Assembly (NCBI GenBank): GCA_965223085.1
Contig: OZ244981.1
Span: 28,397 to 92,396 of the forward strand
DNA length: 64,000 nucleotides
Source of the DNA: Gammaproteobacteria bacterium
GTDB taxonomy: Bacteria > Pseudomonadota > Gammaproteobacteria > Ga0077536
Direction: 5' to 3'
Part shown: piece after piece, positions 27,852 through 37,089 of the stretch
Numbering within the stretch: position 1 is the first letter of the stretch
Layout: every line of letters starts with the position of its first letter
Made by a program: the position numbers and the translations under genes
Notes under the pieces: generated by a model
The model's database searches: none
What the model saw: the letters and a program-made list of their open reading frames with translations, nothing else
Told to the model about the DNA's origin: nothing

Positions 27852-30041
27852 CTGCAATAGCGAGAACTGGGCGCCACGGTGGGCCACTTCGAACACCGGC
27901 GAGGCGGGCAGATGGCGATTATCCACCAAGATATGGGTGATCGCGTGTGCCGCAGCCAAGCCTGCGAACTCATCCGCGTGCCGGTCGAGACGCGCATATT
28001 GATAGCGTTGCTGGACCCGGCGGCGATAGAGATATGCGGCGCCCAGTGCCGGATTACACACCACGCCATCGGCGTACTTCAAACCCCACCAATAGTTCCT
28101 TTTCGCAAAAACCGAAAACGTATCATCGCGCAAGGCCAAGAACACGAAAGCTTGCGGGGGCAGGCGCGCTGCGAGCGCGCGCTCGTAGTCACGCAGCGCG
28201 CGTTGCTCTACCGTTAGGTTACTCAAGGTCCCCCGCTCGGTACGGTAGAGGCCCGCCGAGATAGCCGTCGGTAAAATTAAAAAGATCGCCGCCACACTCA
28301 ACAATGCCGCGGGGCGCAGTCGCGTTTCCACTGCGCGCAGGCGCCGTAGCGCGAGGTGATCGCGGCTGATCAATAATCCCAGTACCAGGGTAAGCACCGC
28401 TAGGGCGAGTAACTGCAGCAAATGATCGGGGCGCCCTTCGGGAAGCCGCGCGAACCCAGCGACGAATTCAGATAACAACGGTAACGCCGCGGTCCCGCCC
28501 CACCCCCCGGGGCTCAGCGCAAGCATGACGACAATAGCAATTATCATCGCGGTCACGATCGCGGCACGCCGAAAGTGACCGGCACCCACATCGCGAGGTG
28601 TCAGCCAAGGCAAGGTCAACAGAACCATGAACGCTTCCAAGTGGTGCAATCCTGCGTAGTCGAAAGCAAGCGTCAAAGGAAATAAGGCGACCAACTCGTT
28701 CTTGCGCACGAGCACAAGGGCTATCAAATAGCAGGACACCAAGAGCCGCTGCAAGCGCGGCGACAAGAGCTCAGGCGTTTCCAGCCCTAGAGTCGCCACG
28801 ATCGCCGCGATCGCAAGCAGAAATCCGACGCGTAACCACAGCGGTGCCGCGCGCCCTTTGATTTGCAGGTTATGCACAAAACATATCGCCACCAACACCC
28901 ACACGCCGAGCAAAATGCAGATTGCTGCTACCCCCATCATGATTTTACTGTCGGTATCGTCGATGCGCGCGGAGTCGAAGCTGCAGCGCGCCGCGGCGAA
29001 CACGAGGCAGAAAGCCAATATCGTGATGAAGGTGTCACAACGCATGAATTGCAAGTCGAAGATAATTTTTGAGGTGACAAATAGCGGTGCAACAACCCCT
29101 ACTATAAAAAATGTTAGGTTGGTCGTGAACAGCAAAGCGACTTCGTCGCGTCGCTGAGTTAAATATAAGATGGCCATAGCGCCGGTCATTACCGACATCA
29201 CGAACGAGCCGATCGCGGTGCTGTCACTAGCCTGGATAAAATAATGGTAGGGATAAAAATTCCACAGAAAATTCAAGTAATCCTCGCCACTTGTGCCGTG
29301 CACGGTGGCGCTAAGAATATGTAATACCCAAGCGATTACCGGTAATCCGACCGCGACATAAACGAGGCCGGGTGCAAACAAGTCGCGCGGGCTAATTCTT
29401 CTACCGGACGCCAAACTTTGTCCCAACTGTGCAATATACATTGCCGCACCCGCCCATAGGCCCATAAAGACGTTGCAATTTAGCGCCAGTCCTGCCCACA
29501 GCGCCGCACCCTTGTAGCGACCTTCTAGGCCGGCGGAGTAAGATATCAGAACACAGGCGATGGCGATCGAGGTGTGATTTGCATAGGTGATCAATAAATC
29601 TGAGCGCGAGATCGGTGTAAATGTTTGCAGCGCACCAGAAAAAGAAAGGATAGTCGCACCGACTAATGCCGAAATCTTATCGTTCGACACGACATAAATA
29701 ATGCGGAAAACCGCATAGAGCGTTAAACAGCGCGCAAAAAAATGCAGCGCGAAAAATGCAGTCGGCAAATCGCGTACGAATGTCGCACGTGCCAATAGCC
29801 ACCAAATGACGGTGCAATAATTTTTTAGCGCTTCTATAAACGGATTGTCGGCGAACAGTGTCGCGTCGCGATACTTTTCTATGATTGCGATGTGCGTCGC
29901 ATTGTTGTTGATGCCAAAGTCCCAGCCTTGATAAAGAATAGAGAGCGCACTCGCAGCACATATCCATACGCACGTGAGCACGCCCCAGCCGACCTCCCGC
30001 GTCACAAACTGCGGCACACTCGCTCTTAGTGCGTGATTCAC
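27834..30041 (-). CDS. Multi-pass membrane protein, possible GT-C-fold transferase
   Basis: Many TM helices, a first periplasmic loop (FGINNNATHI...DATLFADNPF) and a soluble C-terminal domain; GTGA overlap with the upstream nucleotidyltransferase. Confidence 0.5.
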   Translation of the reverse strand: MNHALRASVPQFVTREVGWGVLTCVWICAASALSILYQGWDFGINNNATHIAIIEKYRDATLFADNPFIEALKNYCTVIWWLLARATFVRDLPTAFFALHFFARCLTLYAVFRIIYVVSNDKISALVGATILSFSGALQTFTPISRSDLLITYANHTSIAIACVLISYSAGLEGRYKGAALWAGLALNCNVFMGLWAGAAMYIAQLGQSLASGRRISPRDLFAPGLVYVAVGLPVIAWVLHILSATVHGTSGEDYLNFLWNFYPYHYFIQASDSTAIGSFVMSVMTGAMAILYLTQRRDEVALLFTTNLTFFIVGVVAPLFVTSKIIFDLQFMRCDTFITILAFCLVFAAARCSFDSARIDDTDSKIMMGVAAICILLGVWVLVAICFVHNLQIKGRAAPLWLRVGFLLAIAAIVATLGLETPELLSPRLQRLLVSCYLIALVLVRKNELVALFPLTLAFDYAGLHHLEAFMVLLTLPWLTPRDVGAGHFRRAAIVTAMIIAIVVMLALSPGGWGGTAALPLLSEFVAGFARLPEGRPDHLLQLLALAVLTLVLGLLISRDHLALRRLRAVETRLRPAALLSVAAIFLILPTAISAGLYRTERGTLSNLTVEQRALRDYERALAARLPPQAFVFLALRDDTFSVFAKRNYWWGLKYADGVVCNPALGAAYLYRRRVQQRYQYARLDRHADEFAGLAAAHAITHILVDNRHLPASPVFEVAHRGAQFSLLQLTRTQ

Positions 30042-31132
30042 GGGTTAGGTTGAAAGCTCTTGCGAAGCAAATGAGGCAGCAACAAATGCACCGGCATGCG
30101 CAAATAGTGACCGCGCACATAAAGTGCGGTGCGGGCGAGATTCGCGCGCAAAGAATCGCAACTTGGATGCCGTGGCGTGAACGCGCAACTGAACAAACGA
30201 TCCATGTACCTACGCCATGAATCCGTCCGTGCGACGGACTCCAAGCGTACGCAAAACGCATGCGGCAGTTCAGTTCCTAAGATCTTACGCGTGAAGTGCG
30301 CCGCATAGTAAAGCGATTGTTGCAAGTCTAGTTCGGCCGCGCGGTCCAGCAACGTATCCAGCGACGGGTCGCACTCGCAAACATCGCGAAACAGGTAGTC
30401 GAGATCGACCAAATCTCGCAGCCCGTGATCGAACTCGCCCTCGTGAAACAAATGCGCAGCGCTATGCAACAACATGTCTTGTGGCGACAATGTACGAAAA
30501 TTCGCAAGGTCACCGTCGAGCGGCACCGCCGCGGCGAAAAGCTGCGTCGGGTCTAATTGTTCGCGCGACGTTAGCGGCAAGATCGTGTGATGCACATCGA
30601 TGTCTGTCGCCCGTTTGATGTGCATCATCGGTGGCAGCTGATGCATCCAGGTGCGATAGTATTTTTCATCATAGGCCGAGACACCTTGCATTAACCAACC
30701 GGCGTTGCGCAGCGCTTGCTCGGCGCGCGCCAAAGCAGTTTGCGGAATGAGCACATCGACATCGCTGAATACGCGCCCACGGGCGAGTGCGATGCCGCGT
30801 GCGACATAAGCTGCACCTTTGAGGATCACGGGCTGCAGATCCAAAGGCGCCAACGCAGCGTCGATGAAACGCAGTTCTTGCAACACATCCAAACGATGTT
30901 TATCCGCTAAAATGCGCGCCGCCTCGAGATGGCGCCGCGGCGCCGCAGGGATATTTGCGATCAAGCCGCGCGCGGCAAATCGGTGCTGCAACTCCGCTAG
31001 CAACAGCACGCGACGCGCTTGGTGAACGATTTGATCCCAATCGGCGAGCGAGCAATCAACTACCCGTTCGGGGTAGCGCCACGCGCGTTCGATGATCGGT
31101 CTGGAAGCAGGCACCGCAGTGGTTCTACTCAC
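30038..31132 (-). CDS. Nucleotidyltransferase family protein (NTP_transf_5)
   Basis: VILKGAAY, GRVFSDVDVLI, IDVHH, LLHSAAHLF, GLRDLVD. Confidence 0.88.
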   Translation of the reverse strand: MSRTTAVPASRPIIERAWRYPERVVDCSLADWDQIVHQARRVLLLAELQHRFAARGLIANIPAAPRRHLEAARILADKHRLDVLQELRFIDAALAPLDLQPVILKGAAYVARGIALARGRVFSDVDVLIPQTALARAEQALRNAGWLMQGVSAYDEKYYRTWMHQLPPMMHIKRATDIDVHHTILPLTSREQLDPTQLFAAAVPLDGDLANFRTLSPQDMLLHSAAHLFHEGEFDHGLRDLVDLDYLFRDVCECDPSLDTLLDRAAELDLQQSLYYAAHFTRKILGTELPHAFCVRLESVARTDSWRRYMDRLFSCAFTPRHPSCDSLRANLARTALYVRGHYLRMPVHLLLPHLLRKSFQPNP

Positions 31133-32055
31133 GCTACGCCGTTAGCGCACTGGTGGGTGACAAAATCCGTCACCGCGGCGACACCGCGCGCCAAATGTCC
31201 GTATTCAAACGACACGCTTTCGCAATCATCGACTAAGGCAGCAACGCGCTGAAAAGCGGCCTCACCCAGCACGCCAAAATTAAACCCTTGCTCGGCGAGG
31301 TCGAGGCAGGCGCGCGCTTTCGATCGTTGCATGAACTTGGGTTCGGCATCCGGTGTGTAACGTGGCAACAATATCGCGACGGCTCGTGCCGGGCGATCTG
31401 CGGCAGCCACGCTTGCGGGCGGTGGTTTCATTAACGCAACCGTCCCCTTCGCCGTGTCGCTTGCTTCCGCGCTGAAGACCGCCTCAGGTGCAAACGCCTT
31501 GATTACGCCGATGGAAGCATTTTTTAAATTGATCGGTCTCACCAAAGGCCAAATCAAGCCGCTCGCGACATCGACCAAAGTCAGTTCATCGGATAACAAA
31601 CGCCAACCACGCGCGACGAGCCCCGCGCATAACGTGCTTTTCCCCGCCCCGGGCGGACCCGGCATGATCAGCGCTTTGTCGTCGCGCGCGATCACTGCGG
31701 CATGGATCACCAAGTACTGATGAGCGTACATCGCGACACACCAGTTCAAACCCCATTCGAACAGTGGGTAGGCCTGATCTGCCGGCAACGGTTTAAACGG
31801 CGTCGAACCGTTGAAGTAGAACAAAACTTGCGGTCGATACCAACGCCGCAGCGACTTCGGCGGTGCCACGGCCACGGGAAAATCGGCGAAACCTGAATCG
31901 TCTAGGCGATGTTCGCCATAGAGACGCACTATTTCGCGGGTCAGGGCTGCACACGGCGAGTGCGCGCGAACCACAAACGGTCCGGTGCGAAAACTCAAGC
32001 CGGCGCCCGTCAAGCGTGCCCCTACCTCACGGCGCGGCACTTCGGCTAGCTTCAT
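31129..32055 (-). CDS. HprK-related kinase A
   Basis: PLFEWGLNWC, IHAAVI, GPPGAGKSTL, GWRLLSDE, RPINLKNASI (TIGR04352-like). Confidence 0.88.
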   Translation of the reverse strand: MKLAEVPRREVGARLTGAGLSFRTGPFVVRAHSPCAALTREIVRLYGEHRLDDSGFADFPVAVAPPKSLRRWYRPQVLFYFNGSTPFKPLPADQAYPLFEWGLNWCVAMYAHQYLVIHAAVIARDDKALIMPGPPGAGKSTLCAGLVARGWRLLSDELTLVDVASGLIWPLVRPINLKNASIGVIKAFAPEAVFSAEASDTAKGTVALMKPPPASVAAADRPARAVAILLPRYTPDAEPKFMQRSKARACLDLAEQGFNFGVLGEAAFQRVAALVDDCESVSFEYGHLARGVAAVTDFVTHQCANGVA

Positions 32056-32378
32056 TCCGTTATTTCGATCAGCTGCAGTTGAGATAGTTTATCGATAATC
32101 GTCGCGATCATCGTTATCGCATTATCGGCAACTTCGGGCGTGGAATGAAGCGTGAGACGATCTTTAAGCTCGGCGACGGTAATGGTTTCACCCGCTACCA
32201 GCGCCTCGAGAACCAAGGTGTACTCTGCATCGAGATAATGCAGATCACCTGCTTGCCGATCATAGAGAACTTGTTCGCCCTGCCAGCGTTTGGCCACCAG
32301 TTCGGCGCGCTCGCGGCGCTTAACGCTGACGCCATCAAGCGCGCGCTGCGATGCGTCAGCAGTGCCGCCTTTAGACAA
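32052..32378 (-). CDS. PqqD-family peptide chaperone / RiPP recognition element of the HPr-rel-A system
   Basis: WQGEQVLYDRQAGDLHYLD...LSQLQLIE has the three-strand, three-helix RRE pattern; coupled to the kinase (TIGR04353-like). Confidence 0.75.
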   Translation of the reverse strand: MSKGGTADASQRALDGVSVKRRERAELVAKRWQGEQVLYDRQAGDLHYLDAEYTLVLEALVAGETITVAELKDRLTLHSTPEVADNAITMIATIIDKLSQLQLIEITE

Positions 32379-32895
32379 CCCCGTTCAGAATGAGTAGGTC
32401 GGGCAGGCAAGGATCGTTGGGAATTACCCACTGTCGTAACGTAATCGCGTTGATCCCGTAGGCTGATTCGCCGTACGTTGCGATATTCAGCTCGGCGGCG
32501 ACGATATTGGCAAGAATGCTCTGATCGCCCAAATCTAGGGCCGCCGCCAGAGTTAGATCAGGGTCCTGCAGCGGGATACTGTGGCCCGTGTACTGATCGC
32601 TGAACTTTATCGTCTGGTAATCGTTCGGCACGGCGCCGGAACTGACCCACTCGCTTGGTGAATCGCCCACACATTTCACCATATTGGCACCCGACATGTT
32701 GCCCGACATGCGCCCGGAGACCGAACACATGTTCGCCATCGCCGGGCGATTCGCGAGCGTCAGTAACACCGGCGCGCTCGCTGTCGCGAAGCGGCGGCGG
32801 CTCAAGTTGACGTCCTTGACGTCCGCTTGTGGTGATGTGCTTTCAGCATCCGTGCCGGCTGATCGGTGCTGTACCTCTGTATCTTGTTTGTCCAT
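32371..32895 (-). CDS. Hypothetical protein with twin-arginine-like signal and CSVSGRMSGNMS motif; candidate modification substrate
   Basis: GAGGAG RBS before ATG at 32895; SRRRF...APVLLTLANRPAMA; stop overlaps the PqqD-like gene. Confidence 0.7.
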   Translation of the reverse strand: MDKQDTEVQHRSAGTDAESTSPQADVKDVNLSRRRFATASAPVLLTLANRPAMANMCSVSGRMSGNMSGANMVKCVGDSPSEWVSSGAVPNDYQTIKFSDQYTGHSIPLQDPDLTLAAALDLGDQSILANIVAAELNIATYGESAYGINAITLRQWVIPNDPCLPDLLILNGVV

Positions 32896-32999
32896 CGTTG
32901 TTCGCTCCTCGCCGTAATTGGTCCGCATCTATGCGATCACGGCGATGCTTTAAAACGTAATTCTAAAATCTGTATAACTAAAGCCTTTGCTGCAAACCG

Positions 33000-33015
33000 T
33001 GCAAAATTCGTTCCG
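33000..33015 (-). promoter_or_regulatory. Sigma-54 promoter for the 32895-27834 operon
   Basis: Minus strand reads CGGAACGAATTTTGCA (GG-N10-GC with TTGCA at -12). Confidence 0.6.
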
Positions 33016-33035
33016 CACAATCCTTATTGCTGCAC

Positions 33036-33048
33036 TTTCAAGGTATTA
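33036..33048. promoter_or_regulatory. IHF-like site
   Basis: TTTCAAGGTATTA, one mismatch to WATCAANNNNTTR, lying between enhancer and promoter. Confidence 0.4.
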
Positions 33049-33090
33049 GGCTATTTCTCTAGCGACCTACACTATTATGGAGGCAACGCT

Positions 33091-33107
33091 TGTAAAATTC
33101 TTTGACA
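33091..33107. promoter_or_regulatory. TGT-N11-ACA enhancer (putative PrsR box)
   Basis: TGTAAAATTCTTTGACA; near-copy CGTAAAATTGCTTGACA at 33319-33335. Confidence 0.6.
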
Positions 33108-33318
33108 CGCTTGGCAGATAGTTTATGACATCGCTCGCATTTCTCGGCATCGTACCGCGCCAAAGCTCGCCGTCGTCATACTGGCCATCGCGCCTAGATA
33201 CCCGCCTAGCTTGCGGTAAACCGCAGCGGAAATCTATAGGCCATTGTAAAAAAACGATTTATTGGAACAAAAACCGCCCACCCACGACGCCTCAAGGCAA
33301 GGCAGCCGCGGTGGCCGG

Positions 33319-33335
33319 CGTAAAATTGCTTGACA
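33319..33335. promoter_or_regulatory. Second putative PrsR box
   Basis: CGTAAAATTGCTTGACA, 14/17 identical to the box at 33091. Confidence 0.45.
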
Positions 33336-33373
33336 GAATCTCCGCATCACCACGGCGCCACCCCGCTGGCGAA

Positions 33374-34726
33374 CTAGGCGCCGGACGGGAAGTTATATTT
33401 TTTCAGCAAATGATAAACGGTGGGCCGGCTGACACCGAGGATTTCCGCCGCTTTGCCGATCTGGCCGTCTGCCACCGCCAACGCTTGCTGCACCGCAGTC
33501 GATTCCGCTTCGTAGCGCACCTCACGAAGCGACTTAAAACCGATACTGGCCGGCGCGTCGAGCTCGAGGTCGTGCGCTTCGATGAGGCGGCCTTCGGCCA
33601 TGATGCTGGCTCGTTTAATACGATTTTCCAACTCACGCACATTGCCGGGCCAATCGTGGTGCTCGATCGCGGCGAGGGCGGGATCACTGAAATCTCGCGC
33701 TTGGGTTGTGCCCTCGGCGCGAAATTTGCTCAACAGCGCCCGCGCGATCAAAATAGCGTCACCGGTTCTTTCGCGTAGCGGCGGAATGGTTAACGTCAAC
33801 TCGCTGACCCGATAGTAGAGGTCTTCGCGAAAATCACCCGCGGCGATCAACGCTTGCAGGTCTTTGTGGGTCGCGCATATGACGCGAAGGTCGACCGGGA
33901 TCTCGGCGCGACCGCCGAGACGCTCGACCACGCGTTCCTGTAAGAATCGCAATAGCTTCGCTTGCAAAGCAGTGGGCAAATCACCCATTTCGTCGAGCAG
34001 CAAAGTGCCCCCATCAGCGAATTCCAACTTGCCCTTGGTTTGCTTCGAGGCCCCCGTGAAAGCCCCTTTTTCGTAACCAAACAACTCGCTTTCTAGCAAC
34101 GTCTCGGGAATCGCCGCGCAATTAATCGCGACGAACCGTGCATCGCGGCGATCGCTAAGCTCGTGCAGTGCCCGCGCGAGAATTTCTTTACCGGTGCCGC
34201 TCTCTCCTTGCAGCAGCACAGTGGTGTCGGTCGGTGCGATGCGCTCCAGGCGACGGCAAACTTCGACCATGGCGGAACTCGCGCCGATAATTCCGTCTAA
34301 GGGTTCCCGCTGTTTGGCAGTGAGCTTGAGATTTTCAGCCTCTAATTCGTGCAAATGGAACGCCCGCTCGACGATCAAGCGTAGTACATCGGCATCAATG
34401 GGCTTTTCGTAGAAGTCATAAGCGCCTTGGGCTACCGCGCGCACCGCCACTTCCCGATCGTCGTTGCCAGTCACGACAATTACTTTTGTCGTTGGCGCCG
34501 CGCCTAGGATTTCTTCGAGCGCGAGCAAACCCTCAGACGCATTGGCAGGATCGGGTGGCAAGCCGAGGTCCAGGGTTACAACTTGGGGTGCGTCCGCGGC
34601 CAGTTTTTTCAAGGCTTCAGCACGGTCCCCTGCGATTTTGACGTTATAACCCTCGAACGCCCATTTAAGTTGTTTTTGTAACCCTGGGTCGTCATCCACG
34701 ACCAAAATCGTTTGCTTTGCGGCCAT
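33374..34726 (-). CDS. prsR: PEP-CTERM-box sigma-54 response regulator PrsR
   Basis: DDDPGLQKQLKW, VTLDLGLPPDP..ASEG, GESGTGKE, GAFTGA, C-terminal HTH GVSRPTVY. Confidence 0.93.
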   Translation of the reverse strand: MAAKQTILVVDDDPGLQKQLKWAFEGYNVKIAGDRAEALKKLAADAPQVVTLDLGLPPDPANASEGLLALEEILGAAPTTKVIVVTGNDDREVAVRAVAQGAYDFYEKPIDADVLRLIVERAFHLHELEAENLKLTAKQREPLDGIIGASSAMVEVCRRLERIAPTDTTVLLQGESGTGKEILARALHELSDRRDARFVAINCAAIPETLLESELFGYEKGAFTGASKQTKGKLEFADGGTLLLDEMGDLPTALQAKLLRFLQERVVERLGGRAEIPVDLRVICATHKDLQALIAAGDFREDLYYRVSELTLTIPPLRERTGDAILIARALLSKFRAEGTTQARDFSDPALAAIEHHDWPGNVRELENRIKRASIMAEGRLIEAHDLELDAPASIGFKSLREVRYEAESTAVQQALAVADGQIGKAAEILGVSRPTVYHLLKKYNFPSGA

Positions 34727-36828
34727 TAATAAACCTCGGTAACGTGCTTCGGCTCGGCGACAACCGCGAGCGGTAGTTCGATCGTGAACACCGTTCCCAC
34801 GCCGACTTCACTAGTCACTCGGAGGTGACCACCCATAGCGTTTATCGTGTGCAGACTTTCGTACACGCCAATGCCCATGCCCGCTTTCCCTTTCGTGGTT
34901 TCGAACGGCTTAAAGAGCCGATCACGAATAAACGATCGTTCCATCCCACACCCACTGTCGGCAATTTCCAGCAAGGCTTTATCGCTCTCGATGGCAGAGC
35001 GTATCTCGATGGTACCATCATTAGCTGTTGCATCTTGGGCATTTTGCACCAGGTGCTCGATGACTGCAGCGAAACGGTCCGCCAGTCCGCGCACATAAAC
35101 ACCGGCGGTTGCGGATTGAAAATGCGGCGCCGGCGTGCGCTCACCGACGCGCGCGATCACCTCAGCGACCACCGCATCGAGTTCAAACGGAGCCGCGTCG
35201 CGCTCGACCGTCTGAGGTTGGCGCAAAGTCCCCAGCATGCGTGTCATTTTCCTGACTGCGTCGTTGATGGTGCTAAATGCATCGTCGACAAATTCTGGTT
35301 TGCCACGGTGGCGTTCCGCATTTTTTGTAACCAAAGATAACTGGGCAACAACATTTTTCAGATCGTGCACGAGAAACGCAGACAAGCGATTAAAGGCGTC
35401 AAATTGATGTGCTTCGGCTAACTCTTCGGTCGCATGCAAAAGTGCGAGATAACCTGCAGCTTGGCGACCCAGGGTGCGCAACAGCGCCCGATCTTCTGCG
35501 GTGAACGGCGCCCCGGAACGAGGTTCTTCGAGTAAGATAAACGCCAATAACTCTGCGTCAAACTGAATCGGAATAACGATCCAGGCGCGTTTGTGCTGAA
35601 TGATTTCTGATGGAATATTTCCGTCGTGTTGCATGCCGCCAAGTCTCGACGCCGGCGCCAAGTCCAGCACCGTCTCATCTGATCGCAAGCGCCGCACAAG
35701 TGCCGAAGTCTCCGCAATGCTAACGGGCAAACTAGTGCTTTCCGAGCCATAGCGCGACACAATCTCGTAGGCTCCGGTTGCCTGTTGCTGCCACATCGTA
35801 CCGCCCGTGCTGTCCATGATATTAGCGACCGCGCGCAAGATTGTGTTTTGCAGATCGCCCAGGTTCGGTCCTGCGTGAGCCAATTCGTCGGTAAAAGACA
35901 ACCACACCGAACCATAGTCGTATTTATTGCGATAAAAATGTTTGGCAAGAAATGCGCTTATTCTCGAGCGCAAACCACGTGACGATCCAAGGGCGACAAG
36001 CGTTGTGACGGTCCCGAACAAAAAAGCTACGCGCAGCGCCCCGCCCCAGGTTCCACCATAGGCCTTCAAGTAATAACCGGCGCCGGCCATCAGCAGCAGA
36101 TAAATGCCGGCGACCAACACGCTTGCGCTGTGAAAAACGACGGTTCTCGAGACAAATAGTCTCAGTTGCCATGCAACATTACGCGTGGCAGTGATCGCGA
36201 TCAGCGGCACCACGATCGCGTGCGCGATACCGCGTGCGGCGATCATGTCCGGGTTGATTTGATTGAAAAGTACCGCATCAGAATAAAGTAGAAATTCGAA
36301 TGCAAACGCTCCTGCAAGCGCGATGCAAAAATGCTTGATCGACCAGCGTGCCTCAGCCTCGGTGTTGCGATAAAGTTGTTCAGTAAGGACTAGTCCACAC
36401 AGGGAGAGGGACAGATAACAGAGCAAATTGAGTTTTGTAACCAAGGCGGGATCGTCAACCCACCGGTACCACCACGCGAAGCCGAGGCGAAAAAACACCA
36501 ACGCCGCGCCGCTCACCAGGGCCGCAGCGAGCACCAAGCGCACGCGCGAGAAATAGCCCCGACTACCAAACTGATTCAAAAGCGTCGTGAGAACGAAAAT
36601 CCACACCAGTGCGTGCGCAATTTCCAAGTAGTGCGCGACTTCTGCCGCATACCAAGCGCTGTGCCCATGTTGCACCGCTAAGGAAAACAACCATGCCGAG
36701 CTCACCGCGCTGGCAACGATCATGCGGCGGCCGATAGGGGTCCCGCGATGACTGAAGATCAATAAAACTAATAGGATCGCGAACGCGAGCGCACCGATGG
36801 AGGACGAGACAATGGTAAATTCCGGCAA
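34726..36828 (-). CDS. prsK: PEP-CTERM system histidine kinase PrsK
   Basis: N-terminal TMs, KHFYRNKYDY, GAF, QFDAFNRLSAFLVHDLKN, HLVQNAQDAT, GMGIGVYE. Confidence 0.93.
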   Translation of the reverse strand: MPEFTIVSSSIGALAFAILLVLLIFSHRGTPIGRRMIVASAVSSAWLFSLAVQHGHSAWYAAEVAHYLEIAHALVWIFVLTTLLNQFGSRGYFSRVRLVLAAALVSGAALVFFRLGFAWWYRWVDDPALVTKLNLLCYLSLSLCGLVLTEQLYRNTEAEARWSIKHFCIALAGAFAFEFLLYSDAVLFNQINPDMIAARGIAHAIVVPLIAITATRNVAWQLRLFVSRTVVFHSASVLVAGIYLLLMAGAGYYLKAYGGTWGGALRVAFLFGTVTTLVALGSSRGLRSRISAFLAKHFYRNKYDYGSVWLSFTDELAHAGPNLGDLQNTILRAVANIMDSTGGTMWQQQATGAYEIVSRYGSESTSLPVSIAETSALVRRLRSDETVLDLAPASRLGGMQHDGNIPSEIIQHKRAWIVIPIQFDAELLAFILLEEPRSGAPFTAEDRALLRTLGRQAAGYLALLHATEELAEAHQFDAFNRLSAFLVHDLKNVVAQLSLVTKNAERHRGKPEFVDDAFSTINDAVRKMTRMLGTLRQPQTVERDAAPFELDAVVAEVIARVGERTPAPHFQSATAGVYVRGLADRFAAVIEHLVQNAQDATANDGTIEIRSAIESDKALLEIADSGCGMERSFIRDRLFKPFETTKGKAGMGIGVYESLHTINAMGGHLRVTSEVGVGTVFTIELPLAVVAEPKHVTEVY

Positions 36829-37089
36829 GGGGAACTAGCCTGAATATGGCCCAAGACGCTCAGGGCGCTTGTGCCACTTCGATAAAGTTAGCGGATTTTT
36901 CATACAACAATGGTAGCTTGAAACGTACGGCCGTGTGTTATCCGCGCGTTCGTTAACACCGACCTCGCTCGCTCAGCTTCGCTTGCGCTTGTGTTCCGAC
37001 CCACCGTAGCCGTGCTTATGATTCGGCGCCCATGCGAACCTGTCCCTCTCGCCAGTACTAGCTGTCGATTCCACAGACTTTATTTAAGT

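Noticed and set aside
30038-32895. Lasso peptide cluster
   Set aside because: No asparagine synthetase-like cyclase or transglutaminase-like peptidase in the window, and the ORF lacks a lasso leader/core pattern
33125-33778. 217-aa plus-strand ORF
   Set aside because: Mostly antisense to prsR, overlaps regulatory boxes and has no recognisable motif
36860-36877. Sigma-54 promoter before prsK (TGGCACAAGCG on the minus strand)
   Set aside because: The -24 element is good but there is no GC at the -12 position
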